From: Trichoplax sp. H2
Taxonomy: Eukaryota
Direction: 5' to 3'
DNA: 64,000 bases
Assembly (NCBI GenBank): GCA_003344405.1
Contig: NOWV01000102.1
Span: 186,001 to 250,000 of the forward strand
The notes beneath the pieces are model-generated. The model did not search any database. It saw only the letters and a list, made by a program, of their open reading frames with translations, and had not been told where the DNA came from. The translations under genes were made by a program, and so were the position numbers. Shown one piece after another: positions 39,907 through 53,292 of the stretch; positions within the stretch are counted from its first letter, which is position 1; the number at the start of each line of letters is the position of its first letter.

Positions 39907-41016
39907 ATGTCGAAGTTCGAAGGTTATAATTTAACTAACCATTTTACGACGACTTCATCATCACTTGCTGCTAATTCTTCAATACTTCCATTTACTTGGT
40001 CGCTACATTATAATATTCCGATCTTAACCCTATTCTTTAGCATCGTCATGATTTTTGCAGTGACTGGTAATCTATTCTCTCTGATAACTATCTATCGTTC
40101 GGTCTCATTGCATACTATCAATAATATGTTCATCTTTAACTTGGCCGTCGTCGATTTACTCAGTAGTCTATTAGTAATACCTTTAGGTTTGGCCGTTGTC
40201 AGTAGTCAATCACATTTCAGTAATACATTATGCCAAATTCAAGGTTTCTTGCTTATGTTTTTAAATACCACTTCATTAATGACAACAACTCTCATCAGCA
40301 TTGATCGAGTTATTGCTGTAACGAAGCCATATTATTATGCAGCTATTGCTAAATTTCATGCTATGATCGCTTTAATAGCGGGAATTTGGATATTATCCAT
40401 CCTCTTTGCAACACTACCTCTACTACATTTACAACATTATGGCTTCGGCTATTATACTCTTGTCTACATCTGCTGGATTAATATCCACGATTATGACGCA
40501 AATTTTGTTATTGCTATCGCGGCGATCTGTTTGATCTTGTTTAGTATGATGGCCATCATAATAAGTTATACAATCATATTTTGTATCGCTTGTAATAAAG
40601 TTGCCAACCAATTGAGACCAAATGGTTATGGCGATGTGATGAAATCAGTTCGTACCACAGCAATTATTGTCGGTACGAATTTACTCTTTTGGTTGCCATT
40701 TGTTACTGCCTGTATTATCGAAATTAAAGATGGACACTACCATCGGAGAGATCCTGACTTTGATGAAACATTATTCAAGGTAGCTTATTTAGCACCCTTT
40801 GGCAGTGCTGCTAGTAATCCAATCATTTATATTACCACTAATGGCGTCTTGCGCCTTAAATTTCAAAAATTATTTCAATTTAAAACAAGCTTGCAGCCTC
40901 TTCGAAAACGAACCGCAATTTCTCCAAGCCGACGTAACAACTCTACGGCTGCTTGTATAGTAGAGCAAATTAACAGTCTTAACGATTCGTATCGTCCAGA
41001 TGATGAGAATCAATAG
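39907..41016 (+). CDS. Intronless class A orphan GPCR, paralog 2
   Basis: 369-aa ORF with GN, NLAVVD, CQIQGFL, DRV, ECL2 CWIN, IVGTNLLFWLP and NPIIY. Confidence 0.95.
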   Translation: MSKFEGYNLTNHFTTTSSSLAANSSILPFTWSLHYNIPILTLFFSIVMIFAVTGNLFSLITIYRSVSLHTINNMFIFNLAVVDLLSSLLVIPLGLAVVSSQSHFSNTLCQIQGFLLMFLNTTSLMTTTLISIDRVIAVTKPYYYAAIAKFHAMIALIAGIWILSILFATLPLLHLQHYGFGYYTLVYICWINIHDYDANFVIAIAAICLILFSMMAIIISYTIIFCIACNKVANQLRPNGYGDVMKSVRTTAIIVGTNLLFWLPFVTACIIEIKDGHYHRRDPDFDETLFKVAYLAPFGSAASNPIIYITTNGVLRLKFQKLFQFKTSLQPLRKRTAISPSRRNNSTAACIVEQINSLNDSYRPDDENQ

Positions 41017-42257
41017 TAAAAAGCAATTTCTTCCATACAAATTAATTCCCATCCCTTAGGTTCATATTATTTTCATTCTATTTTCTACGCTAAGCATATT
41101 GTACAGTAGCAATAGACTTTAGAGATATTTTTCCATTACTGTATTTAAGGTAACAAAATTAACGTACCGCTCGATCAAAGGAGTTTTCAACTCATTTACG
41201 GACTCTTTGATGCCAAAGATTGGCTAGTCTATGTATATGCACTTGACGAAGAATTTTTGCAAGCACAATTAAGTAGTAGGATTTAACCTCATCGATTCCG
41301 AAATGCTTCGTTTATCTCCTCCTGAATTCATTACATGTCCAACAGTGGACTTTATTGACGAATTTTAAATTCAAAAAAACTATTATCCTAGAACTATTTT
41401 TTATTGAACCACCAAATGCCAAAATTATCTCATTAGTTTTAATACGCAAATTAAAATATCGAAGAAGAGCATTAATAACCATTTTAATTGGGCATTAATT
41501 TAAAGTTAAATGTGAGTTCCAATCAGTAAATACTTTATAAAAAGAAGATAATTACCGAAATCAACTATAGCTTCTCATCTTTGATAACGATGATATAAAT
41601 TATATATTTACTTCTGTCCCGTATCATGTCACACTTCTACATTAATGAATTAGAAAAAAAGATGAAATGAGTATAGATCATTAATTCAATTTATTCTCGA
41701 CACAATATTTAAACTTTCACATTGAGCTAATCATCAATAATTTTAAAATAGTTACCATAACTGTTGAACAATTTCTCTACTGCGGGTACATAGTCTCATG
41801 TAGGCGATCTGTCCAAGTAATTCTTGTAAATAGTTTTGCTTTTCCTGTTAGGATATTTTGTTAATAATTAATTAACCAGAACTGATTTTGAATATTTTTC
41901 CTTACAAATTGTATAATCTTCACCGGTAATATAAAAACGACAGATGGAACTTTTTGCACATAAAGTACATAAAGAACACCATCGAAGTAAACTGAATATT
42001 TACTGTGATCAATGCGGAAGATGCATCTCTTGACAATCGTTATATAACTGTACACCAATTCAGTCTTATAAATATTCATGTCTTTTCTGTGGATGTCACT
42101 GTTGTATGACTCAATTGCAATAAACGCTATATGAGATCATGAAGATATAACTCAAAATTATTATCTCTTGCCATGTGAGATCTGTTTCAAATTAAGGGAA
42201 ATAGCAAGACTATAACTACCGACGTGCATATCAATCATAAAATAATTGCAGTCAATC

Positions 42258-43480
42258 AAGCAGTATTAATTTAGAAACACAAATTGCAACGACTTTAGTG
42301 CTTCTCTATACTAAATTAAATTTTAATTCTTTATTAATACGCAACTGTACTGTGTATAGCAACAACATATTTAGGTAGATCCATTTATATAGGTTGCAAC
42401 CGCAATTACGACACAGGAACTGTTTCTAACAGCAGTGAAACATAGATACCAAAACTAGAACTCTTTTTATTGTAAAAATTTACTCCTTGTTATATCTTCT
42501 ATCTATCCTGGCAAGTAGCTATAGAGCATACGCGTAAAAATTTTATAAAAATAAACAATATTAACTGTCCGTATTCTTACATCAATAACACACTATCCGA
42601 CATCTTTAGGCTATAATCAAATTATATTGATCTCTTGATATGCAAAGTCTACTTTAAACTAAGCAAATAGCAATATGATAACCGTCATTGTACCTTGTAA
42701 TCGAAAACAATCACTACCGATTAAGCAATGTTAATTCAGAAACGCAAATTGCAACTAGCCTAGTGTTTTTTCTGTTCTAAATTAATTTAAATTTTTTTGT
42801 ATTTTAATTATCTATTAAGTGCATAACTATACCGTGTATAGTAACGATATATTTATGTTAAATCCGTTTTTACACGTTACGACCACTATTTCAACACAGG
42901 AACTACTCCTAGTAGCAGTGAAACATAAAAATCAGGACTAGAACTCTCTCTATTATAAAAAGCTACTCGCTGTTATATCTTCTATCTATCAACAATATTA
43001 GTGTCACAAACCAACTTCGTGGCAAAGATAACGTAAAACAAATCTCTAAATTACTATTGTCTCCGGGATTCAGTAACCCTTAACTATCTCACAAGAATTT
43101 AGACGCCTTTGATTCTACGTTAAACTCAACTAGACAATTGAGAACTACTTTATTCAACTATCTGACGGGCTTATATACCCATTTACAGCAGCTAACATTC
43201 ACGAGTCATCTTGGTGAGAACATCTACTAACTAATTTTTCACAGTCGGACTACAACATGTCCATTCACAGAATCATTTCAGTGCACATTACCGCACAGCA
43301 TTAAATTTACTGTAACACATTTATAATTAGAGTAATTCCTATTGTAAGTAACTAGTTGTAATATATTATAACTATATTATATTCACCAAATTTAGATAGC
43401 TATTTCTTCACAGGAGTTCGTACCGTGACAATTAGCTATCGTCAATTCTTTAATCAAAATTGTATAACTTTAGGCTATAC
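42258..43480. repeat. Old diverged direct duplication (~42258-42620 vs ~42723-43480), second copy interrupted by a solo LTR
   Basis: Shared blocks agaaac(a/g)caaattgcaac, acacaggaact, agcagtgaaacata, actagaactct, tgttatatcttctatctatc, aacaatatta and ctttaggctata. Confidence 0.8.
43002..43430 (-). mobile_element. Solo LTR (429 bp) with 5-bp TSD ATTAG
   Basis: TGTCACAAACC...GTACCGTGACA. ATTAG at 42997-43001 and 43431-43435. The minus strand has TATATAA followed shortly by AATAAA (LTR promoter/polyA layout). Highly similar to 56545-56980. Confidence 0.9.
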
Positions 43481-44274
43481 TTTGAAATCCGTTAGAACAC
43501 GATCTGACCGTTGAGCTAACTCATAAATTCGGTATCTGACTCATTCACTTGCTCTTATTCGAAAATAAATTAGTTTTATAATTCTAGATTTACTATTATC
43601 CTACATATACGTCCTGTAACATAATTATCTGCCGCAATATAAGTAATATGATATAATGATATACCTTTACTATACAGACCACGAGTCATAATAATTCGTT
43701 TTACTACTACATGGTATCTAAATTGTCCCAAATTTTAAAGACCATTTTAATTATCATGATCTTAAAGTTGGAAAAAATATAAAGTTCGTTTTAATTGTCA
43801 TTACAAATATGAAAATTTTCACTTTTCTGGATGCTGTTAATCTTAGCATTAAGTATCTATCATTCTTGCGTTAATCGACATTATTTCACATGCTTGTGCT
43901 GATGACGTTTCATAAGAATAATTAAAGTCTAAAGAAATAAATTGAAAATCAGCTAATTTAATTTGCTCAACATAGTAATAATTTTCAATTCTACCGTTGT
44001 CATCATTATACCCTAAACATACCTTGTCAACATTTAACTTTTTTCTTTTTATGTAACAAAGCGAACACTACACTTTTTGTGCAAGTCATTAATGCTAGGT
44101 AGATATAACATCAGGAAGTTTATCAATAATGTACGAGTACATTAGCTGCGCTAATGTTTCATTAAGTACTTCTGAAGATCAACAGTCAATTTAGGGTATG
44201 ATTATTTAATGTGTCTACTAGAGTAATATTTCTGAAATTGACCATTAGCATTAGCCTACTTCAGAAAAATATTT

Positions 44275-44307
44275 TTAGCTTTTAGGAGGCCCTCTCCTAA
44301 AAGCTAA
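44275..44307. repeat. Perfect 14-bp inverted repeat with 5-nt loop
   Basis: TTAGCTTTTAGGAG-gccct-CTCCTAAAAGCTAA. Confidence 0.9.
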
Positions 44308-47300
44308 TATAGATAAATAATTATTTTAATTTTCACTGTAACATCCTCTACAAGATTATACATTTTGCTACGACGGTATTCATAAAAAATAACTTTAAAG
44401 ACATAATTTGAAGTCCTGATAGTTTTATTCATTCGAAAAGGCAATAGCTTTTAGCTTAACTTATCAACCGTGTACCGTACAAGCATCAAAGCAACAGATT
44501 AGAGTAAATCGTTGTAAACTACATAGATGGAATTCTTTGATTTCAGTTAATACTTTTAATTTTTTCGCAAGAGTAATTTTCCCTGTTTATCAATATTAAG
44601 AACGTTTATTTTAATACATTTGGCAAAAAAAGGACCTTTAAGATACCATTTTAAGGGCGTCCGCTTTTTTCTGGCGATATTTTGTTAAACGTGAAGCCCA
44701 AAATGTCGTTAGTATATATCGGTATACGTGTATTACGAGCAACACTTTAATATTTAACGATTTTTCATCAGTGATCTAACAGAAATTAATTATTCGTAAA
44801 TGAATTTATTGTCAAATGAAGAGCCTTCCAAAGTGGAGCATACGTATAGTTGTTGAACCAAAATACCGCAACCTTCAGTTTTTAATACCAAACTACAAGC
44901 AATTACAGTCTAAAGTTTCTGGGCTTGCCGACTAATTACTGATAACTAGTTATAAATTTACGGTAATGAAAGTGAAAAAATTGGTGTAATTCATGTTATC
45001 ATATGAATAATTTAAAATCTCCGTATTCAAATATCCGGAAATTAAATTCATTTTTTTAATTTTATTCTGTATACAAATTTCATTTTTCCTATTTTTTATT
45101 GGCAAACTCAAGAATCTAATGAACCTGACCACAATTCCTTGGATTGTATTCCTAATAATGGTTGTATTCAATGAGCCTTACTAACGGTATATTTTCCATC
45201 TATTAAATATACAGCAAGAGATTGACACAACTTGAGATGCTACGTAATATTTCTTTAGGACCAGGAGAATACTATCCTACTCCAGCACCCCTATATAGCA
45301 ATTAGAGTCACAAAAGAGAATAATAAAATTAAAGAATTATGTTAATAGAACAACATTGCAACCTCTATACGGAAATTTCCGTATCTAACTAAGTCGAAAA
45401 TAATAACAAATATTTAATTATAGTAGAACGGCGCTATCATTCCTGTGTAAAAGTATTTTTATCATCAGGTGCGGATTAAATTTTACACAACTTAATTTTA
45501 TTTCTATACCAACCTATATTATCAACTCTTTAAAACTCATTATTCTTAGCGGCTAAAATTTTAGTATATTTAATGAATCCAGGTAATTAATATATAAGTA
45601 TGTATTTTATTTTTATCAGATAATAAATTTATTTTGATTCGGTTTTTTTACTTGTCAATGTATTAATTTGCTTAGTCTTAATTGGCGATATCTAGAGATC
45701 TCAGCTTGCATTTTGTCGTAATTTTATTATAGTCTTTATAATATAAAAACCCCAGCAGTATTAATTCTATCTCTGTATGGCTTAAAGTACATCAACATTG
45801 TTTCGATAAATCTATAGTCAAGATGGTTTGGGTAAAAATAAACACAAATGCGACTAGATTAAACCTTAAATTCGTTATTATAAATGAGGATTTCATTATG
45901 ATTTTATGGCGTTATTCTCAATAAATTTTATAGCACCTCTAAAGTAAACAATAATAGCTACGTTAGTAAATGATTGTGATTGGTTTTATCGGAACTTAAT
46001 AAAGAGAATAAATCTCAAGTTCCAGGTAAAAATAAAGTAGTAAAATCATGAATGATTATCAATTAAGCTTATTTCAGATTTGTTTAAGATTTCGGGTAAG
46101 CGAAAATGCCAACAGATTAACAGAGTTTTAAGCATTAACACAAAATAGACCGTCCGAGTTCAAATTTATGGCAGGTTCTTGAATTTTAAAAGTAGATTTA
46201 AATTTTATACTTTCTAGATCATTTATGGTAGTATCAGTAGATCTCAATGCAATCTATGAGTACATGCTAATTTCTCTGTTAGCGATATTCGAAGTAATTG
46301 GTAGAAAAGTAATATAATTCTGCCTCAGTGTGTTTCATAACTTTCCTACCACAATTGATATTACCTCAGCTACTGTAGCTAAGATGAAAATATTATATAA
46401 TGGGTTAAATAAGACTGCAATCGTTCAATAAATAGAATGACCTGCAATAGCTTTATATTTGGCTCCACAAATGTGTAATACCATAACAAAAATTATAAAT
46501 TGTGACAGTAACGAATTGAAACCAAAAATAGTAAAAAAATACAGTAAATTAGCTCATCCTCTTGCTAAAGTTGTTATCTGATCGAATGGCGTAGCCTCAG
46601 GCTGATTATTATTCTATAAACTTACCTCTTAAGGAAGGAAGCCAGTTGGCTAATAATTTAGCCGTAAACTGAGTACTAACATGCTAAATACTCTGATTCT
46701 TAACAAACGTATTAATTAATTCTATGATATCGTTAAGTAAATTCCTTGATTTACCTCGAATGAATCGCAAACTCAACTCTCTTGCACCAAGTATGGTAAA
46801 CGACCATATGCTAAGCAGGGAATCATCCAGATTTTAAGCATTTTTATAGATTTAATTTAAACTTGACTATACGATTATACTTAGTACAGTCAGACTGTTT
46901 GCTCGTTTAAATATTATATTATATTAACTACAAATAATAAAATATAATGCTGTACCAACTAATCTTTGTAAGTCTTCATTGCCTGATCGCATCCTTAGTG
47001 TCTGAGCTCAAAATTTTCTGATATTGAAACTAGTGCAAACTTAGTCATATTGAGAAAATGGCGATCTTGTTTAACGTCTAAGGGATATAAACTGAGTTAT
47101 TCTTATTAATATAAATGGCTCTAAGTTCTAATATAGGACTATTTCCTAGCTATGTCATTTACATAATGCTACCATCAAATTTATCAGTTTAAAATACGAT
47201 GCAGTAGAATAACTAGACATAACATATATTCTTACTCATTTGCCATAGACGCCGAGGATTATTGCCTATCAATTACACTTACCTTAAACATTTACTTATG

Positions 47301-47886
47301 CTTAATATATCATTTACATTCTGTTAACTAGTACTACGATAATGAATTGTTCGTACACATATTTTGAAATCAAAGGGTATTCCCAATATTTATTTATTTT
47401 ATTAAGAGAAAAGAAATTACATGTTGTTACAAATCTTCAATTGAAATTGCTTTTTGCTTCAAGCATAAGAGCATCTGTAGACAATTTTACAATATATTCT
47501 TCTATGTCATCTGAATAGCATTTGCCATAATGTTGGATAAAGCTAATATGACTGCCTACTATGTAAAATTATTGTAAAAAATTGGCCAAAATTAGTAAGA
47601 AATGAAAGATCTCAATTTATTTTGATTCAAGAAATGTATTGATGATGTTAAATAAGTTTTAAAATCATTGATATGAGATTAGTTACAGCTCTTTATGGTC
47701 TAAAATTCACCATTACGTCGATTATGAGCTATGGTATCCGACTTACTTCATACCTATGCAGTATAAGTAAACGGTAAGATAAAATTGATGCTGTATACTA
47801 TCAATTTTAACCCAATTAGACCAAAATTATGGCATAATTTATATCAAAATGAAAAAAATGGATAGCAATAATATTTGATCGGAATG

Positions 47887-48885
47887 TCAAAGATTCCTTT
47901 GCAAATGCATAATTCTATTTCTCTTGTAACAAACGGTAGTAATTACTCTATTACGCAATTCATGGCTTCTCCAAATATAAATAATTGGATTAGTAGCAGC
48001 AGTTGCCAAGAATAAGATGTAGAATATAACCGAAACTTTAAATGGTAGCAAATTGAAAATTTCAAAATCAGATAGATCTAAAATAGTAAGAACAGTGGTT
48101 GGTATCCAACAAAATAAATTTGTACCTACTATAGTAGCGGTAGTTCGAATTGATTTAATAATACTTCTAGCTCTATTTCGATCGCAAGCTAAATTTTTTT
48201 GGCAGGCAATACAAAAAATAATACTGTAACAACCGACGACAATAGAAATGACTAAGATTAAATGGATTAAGTAAATTGATGCAATAACATCGGATGCCCC
48301 AAAAACAAGAGCTTCCTCAGGACTTCCAATAGCAAATCCTTTGCTACAGTTTTCTTCCTCTCGCTCAATTGCAATAGAAATTATAGAACTGTCTAGCCTA
48401 CAATAATCTTTATACCCATATCTCCCCAAGCCAACATTCTCTAAACCTAACAATGGCACGATATAAATTATTAGAGAAAATACCCAAGGAAAAATAATCA
48501 ATACTTTAACTTTATTCGGTGTCATTAAATTGGGATAACGCAATGGTTGAACAACAATTATGCAGCGATCGATAGAAATAACGGCTGCAATTGTTAGTGA
48601 TACTCCATAGAACCATCCAACAAGGAAAGCTTGCGCTTGACATATTGTAGAAGGTACAGACGATCCCATAATGATTACTGTTAGAACCATTGGAATAGCC
48701 AATAAACCAGTTAATAAATCAGCAGCTGCTAAGTTCCCAATAAAATTGTTATTGATTCGATTTTGTAAACTAGGATTCTTATACAGAGTAATCAAGTAAA
48801 ACAGATTCCCAACAATAGCTGTAATGGTAATAATAGTCAAAATAATTATACCTATAACGGGTATAAAAGACGCTTTACTTTCCAT
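47887..48885 (-). CDS. Intronless class A orphan GPCR, paralog 3 (first ATG at 48885; open frame extends to 48927)
   Basis: GN, NLAAAD, CQAQAFL, DRC, GLGRYGYKDYC, IVGTNLFCWIP and NPIIY. ECL2 is extended. Confidence 0.94.
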   Translation of the reverse strand: MESKASFIPVIGIIILTIITITAIVGNLFYLITLYKNPSLQNRINNNFIGNLAAADLLTGLLAIPMVLTVIIMGSSVPSTICQAQAFLVGWFYGVSLTIAAVISIDRCIIVVQPLRYPNLMTPNKVKVLIIFPWVFSLIIYIVPLLGLENVGLGRYGYKDYCRLDSSIISIAIEREEENCSKGFAIGSPEEALVFGASDVIASIYLIHLILVISIVVGCYSIIFCIACQKNLACDRNRARSIIKSIRTTATIVGTNLFCWIPTTVLTILDLSDFEIFNLLPFKVSVIFYILFLATAATNPIIYIWRSHELRNRVITTVCYKRNRIMHLQRNL

Positions 48886-51196
48886 ATTGCTGTATTTTTT
48901 GACGCTATTATTGATAAGACGGACCAAAGTACTAAAATACGAATAGTGATCACCTTTATAAAGTTACATAAGCAGGAAGATGGATTTTGCTGTCTCTCTG
49001 TTATGATAAAATTGATGCAAGGTAAAAATTTTAATCCATAACATTTCATTTAGAATGTAAACGATAACATCATTACTTCAAACGATTATGATACTCTCCG
49101 AGTCAAATATCTTCAAAAAACTCACAACCAACTATCTACAAAATGGAAAATTCTATCCTCTAGTAGAGATACTAACTGCGAAAGCTATTTTCAAGTAGGA
49201 TGATGTGATTAAAATTGCTAATTTAGTAAACTTTCAGCTAAGTATAATAAATAAAAATGAACATTTACTAAGATACTATACGGAGTTAATAAAAACAGAA
49301 AAGGATAAGGAAAAAGTTTTAGTATTTTTCAGTAGCGTAGCACCAAAGGATTTATTTTACTATAATAGATGGATTACATCTATACTCTTAATATATAGTT
49401 AAGGGTCTAATTTTTGTCTAGCTACAGCAAAAACTATAATATAATTGAAAAGTAAACAGATGTTTTTTTGAACCATCGATCCAGTAGCCAATAGCCGATT
49501 AATTATTAACATCAAACATTGTATTATTGATGCAACCTAAATGAATATATAAACCAGTTTAAAGCTCTTTAAATAATTATTACAATAGGATAGGAAGTAG
49601 AATAAAATCTTCGCAGTGGCTACGTCATTCATTTTACGAATCTTCATCATCTTTACTCTGATATATATTTTCAAATCTTGGCTCGATTGCAAAGTACCTT
49701 TTAATGTGGGGATGTCACAAAACAGCTTTGCAACAAGATATCTTAATGTACGATCAATAAGTCAATTCCTTGAACCACGTATCAAGGAACGATATCTGCA
49801 CTATCACGAACACTTTTGCTCTACTAACAGACTACACAAAGACTTTAATGCCTCGTATTTTACGTTAAACACTAAGTTTGAGAATCCACTTTATTGCACG
49901 ATATACTGCATTTATATAATATTCCTCAATATCCATGAGTTATAGTTGGTACGATTAACTTTGGAATCATTTACTGAATTAGATATTAATTATAGCTACT
50001 GCTCCCTTAATACAGACAACGGTATTTACGAACATAGACATCTGATGAATAATACAGAATAGTCAGATTACGATATGTCCTATCACGGAACATTTCCACG
50101 ATAATTTACAATCTACTATAAGTAAGTTATAATCAAAATGATTCAAACTGTAAGTAGATGATTTACATTCCCTATTATAACTATTAATTCAATATGTGTA
50201 TTGTGTCTCGGTCATAAAAAGTCAGTACTATATTAAAACACAGTATATCCAAATTAGAAGTTAACTAAATAAGGATAGGCTAACAGAATTATCCTAACAT
50301 AGATATTTCTACTCTAATACAGTATATAACACTGTCACAGGGGAGTTTCTTGTCCTTTATCAAACAGATAGAAAGTCATTATGGCTGACTTGTGAATTAA
50401 TATTGCAGTTTATACAGAATAGAAAATATTCTGTAATTTTTATAGTAAAATCATTCTATCTGTTTTATAGATGATATTTACTTACAAACTGAAAGATAAG
50501 TTGGTATTATGAAGATTTAGCAAAAAGTAGATTGGTAATTTTCTTATTTATAAGTATAGTAATACTAGAATTGGATCGAGATCATCAGCCAATTAGTCCT
50601 TGTTATAATCCTAATAACTTATCAAAGCCAACTAAACAAAACCATTAAACTATGATCAGCTTTACTTTATTTAATCTGTTTGTAATAGGTCGTCAAGGTG
50701 ATACAGTCAAACAACCACATACCGGTAATTAGATATAAAATCGAAATAAATCTGACAAGGTTGCATGTCTTATTACGTCAACAAAATCAGAATTTAATTG
50801 GTAGATATGTCATTGGTCTTGAAATATTATACATATACAGTCACGATCTAATATACCACATTATGACATATAAACTAAATCCTAATGTACTTTCTAGGAA
50901 TTAATTTTACGTGATATGTTCTAAATCCTACCGCGTCAACATGAAATGATGTTATCGTCACGTAGTAAAATCGTTTATTTTTAGCATTTCTTTTCTCAAT
51001 TTTTCCTTATTTTCTAAATGATGATGACTAAAGCTGTATACCATAATATCCGTAGTAAATAATAATATCAAAATTATAACCGGTAATCAATCAGATTCTA
51101 GTTTCTATACGATGTCAGACCAATAAGGTAAATGTGTATTATTGGAAGACCTAGCTTACCAAAGTTATAGTATGGCCAATTATTCGACTAACTTAC

Positions 51197-51407
51197 TGTC
51201 ACAAACCAGCTTCGTGACAAGGATAACGTAAAACAAATCTCTAAATTACTATAGTCTCCGGGATTCAGTATCCCTTAACTACCTCACAAGAATTTAAACG
51301 CCTTTGATTCTACGTTAAACTCAACCAGACAATTGAGAACTGCTTTATTCAACCATCTGACGGGCTTATATACCCTTCTACAGCAGCTAACATTCATGAG
51401 TCATCTT
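51197..51407 (-). mobile_element. Truncated solo LTR of the 43002/56545 family
   Basis: Starts TGTCACAAACCAGCTTCGTGACAAGGATAACG and matches the 56545 copy up to ...cattcatgagtcatctt, then diverges. Confidence 0.88.
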
Positions 51408-51529
51408 ACAAAGAGAAATTGAATTTCATAGAGTAAAGGTAAATTTAGCAATGTCTATGGTACATAAGAAATTTTACAATTAGGGATACTCTAGTATAGT
51501 ATAAATAACCCCGAAATAGTGAATGCTAA

Positions 51530-52475
51530 CCTGAGTTTTGTAGCTGAGACATATGTTACGATGTAGCTAATATTATAGGCTGATGGAGGTAAAACAATAA
51601 TGCTGAAATAGGATAGAGAAATTTTATAATCCTGATACTTGGTAAGGCTACAATAATATTGTAAATACTGAGAAGCTAATTAACGAGTAGTTTAGGAATA
51701 CTAGATTGTTCTATTTCGTATAAGCTAAGTTTTGTAGCTGAGACACATGTTACGACATAGCTAATATAGGCTGATGGAGGTTTAATGTAATACTAAAATA
51801 AGATAGGAAATTTTACGATCCTGATACTTGGTAAGGCTATAATAAAATCTTAAATACTGAGAAGCTAATTAAAGAGTACTTTAGGAATATTTGATTGTTC
51901 TATTTTGTAAAAGTTAGGTTTTGTACCTGAGATACATATTACAGCATAGCTAATAGACAGGCTGATAGAGGTTAAATATTAACGCTAAAGTATTAAACTT
52001 TAGGTTCCTGATACTTGATAAGGCTAGAATAAAATTATAAGTGCAGTGAAGTTAATAAACAAGTAGGAATATTAGATCGTTCTATTTCGTATAAGTTAAG
52101 TGTTTTAGTTGAGACACATCTTACGATAAAACTAATATATAGACTGATGTAGGTTTAATATTAAAGCTAAAATAGGATAGGAAATTTTATGATCCTGATA
52201 CTTGATAAGGCTGCAATATGATTGTAAATACTATAACGTTAATAAACAAATAGTTTGGGAATCTAAATTGTTGTTTATCATACAAGCTAGGTTTTGTAGC
52301 TGAGATACATGTTACGGTAAAGCGAATATATATAGACTCATGGAAGCTAAATATTGAAGCTAAAATAGGATAGTAAATTTAATGATCCTGATACGTAGTA
52401 AGGCTGTAATACAATTGTAAATACTGTGAAGCTAACAGAAAAATAGCTTATAGTTTAGGAATACTAGATCATTTC
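51530..52475. repeat. Degenerate tandem array, ~190 bp unit, ~5 copies
   Basis: Repeated gttttgtagctgaga...gttacg...taggctgatggagg...tcctgatacttg(g/a)taaggct...taggaatactagat at about 190-bp spacing. Confidence 0.9.
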
Positions 52476-53292
52476 TTTCGCAATTCGTGATATATTTGTA
52501 GACCACTGCTGTATTATTCCGCGTACTTAGAACTTGCGTGAAAAAGTAAATCGATTATTACAAAGTCATTCCTATTCACGTTTTCAACCCTAAATCATTA
52601 AATAAATTCTACAGAAATGACTATTCAATATTTCTAGTCATTATAGAGACTAATCATGTAAAGGAAAATGGTTCTTAGTATGAGCTAGAGAGCCTTAAAA
52701 GTATATAATAGCAAGATGGTTCCACCAGCTACGATCTAAGGCGGTGGCAAGGATAGTACAATTTGGCGTAAATCAGATATGCGAAGATGGTCTGACAATT
52801 AGCAGTGAAACAGACGTTATTTTATCATAAAATGTATTTTAATAATTACAGGTAATCAACTGCTTTTACCCGCCTCAGATTCCGATAAATTTTATGGTGA
52901 TAATAATTCTATGTAATAGATGTAGTGGTAAGAGTAATTTTATTGCATCATGTGTTATAGCTACATAAACACTAGCTATTAAAGCTCTTGCTCGATTAGT
53001 ATCTGCACTAAGTATCCTGCATTAAAGTAAACTTTAAATCATCTTCTTTTCGATTCTCCTCAAAAACATTTGTTTGGTATGCTGCAAAGCTGGTAAGAAG
53101 TAGTTTAAGTTTATTACCAACCTATACAAAACTCATGCTAACTTGTCTTAGTAATAGGCCTATTTAAATTTAAATAATTTTATTCGATTTATTAATTATT
53201 GCGTAACTAAAAAGAATTTCCACAAGTCTTGAGGTACCGTGTATCAAGTTTTCTGTTTCTTAATGACGAAGGTTTAATGGATTCTACAAACC

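Noticed and set aside
41861..42120. 72-aa minus-strand ORF / possible exon
   Set aside because: No motif and no partner exons identified.
49616..49945. 109-aa ORF with GTG start
   Set aside because: Composition typical of random AT-rich ORFs, with no ATG context or homology cue.
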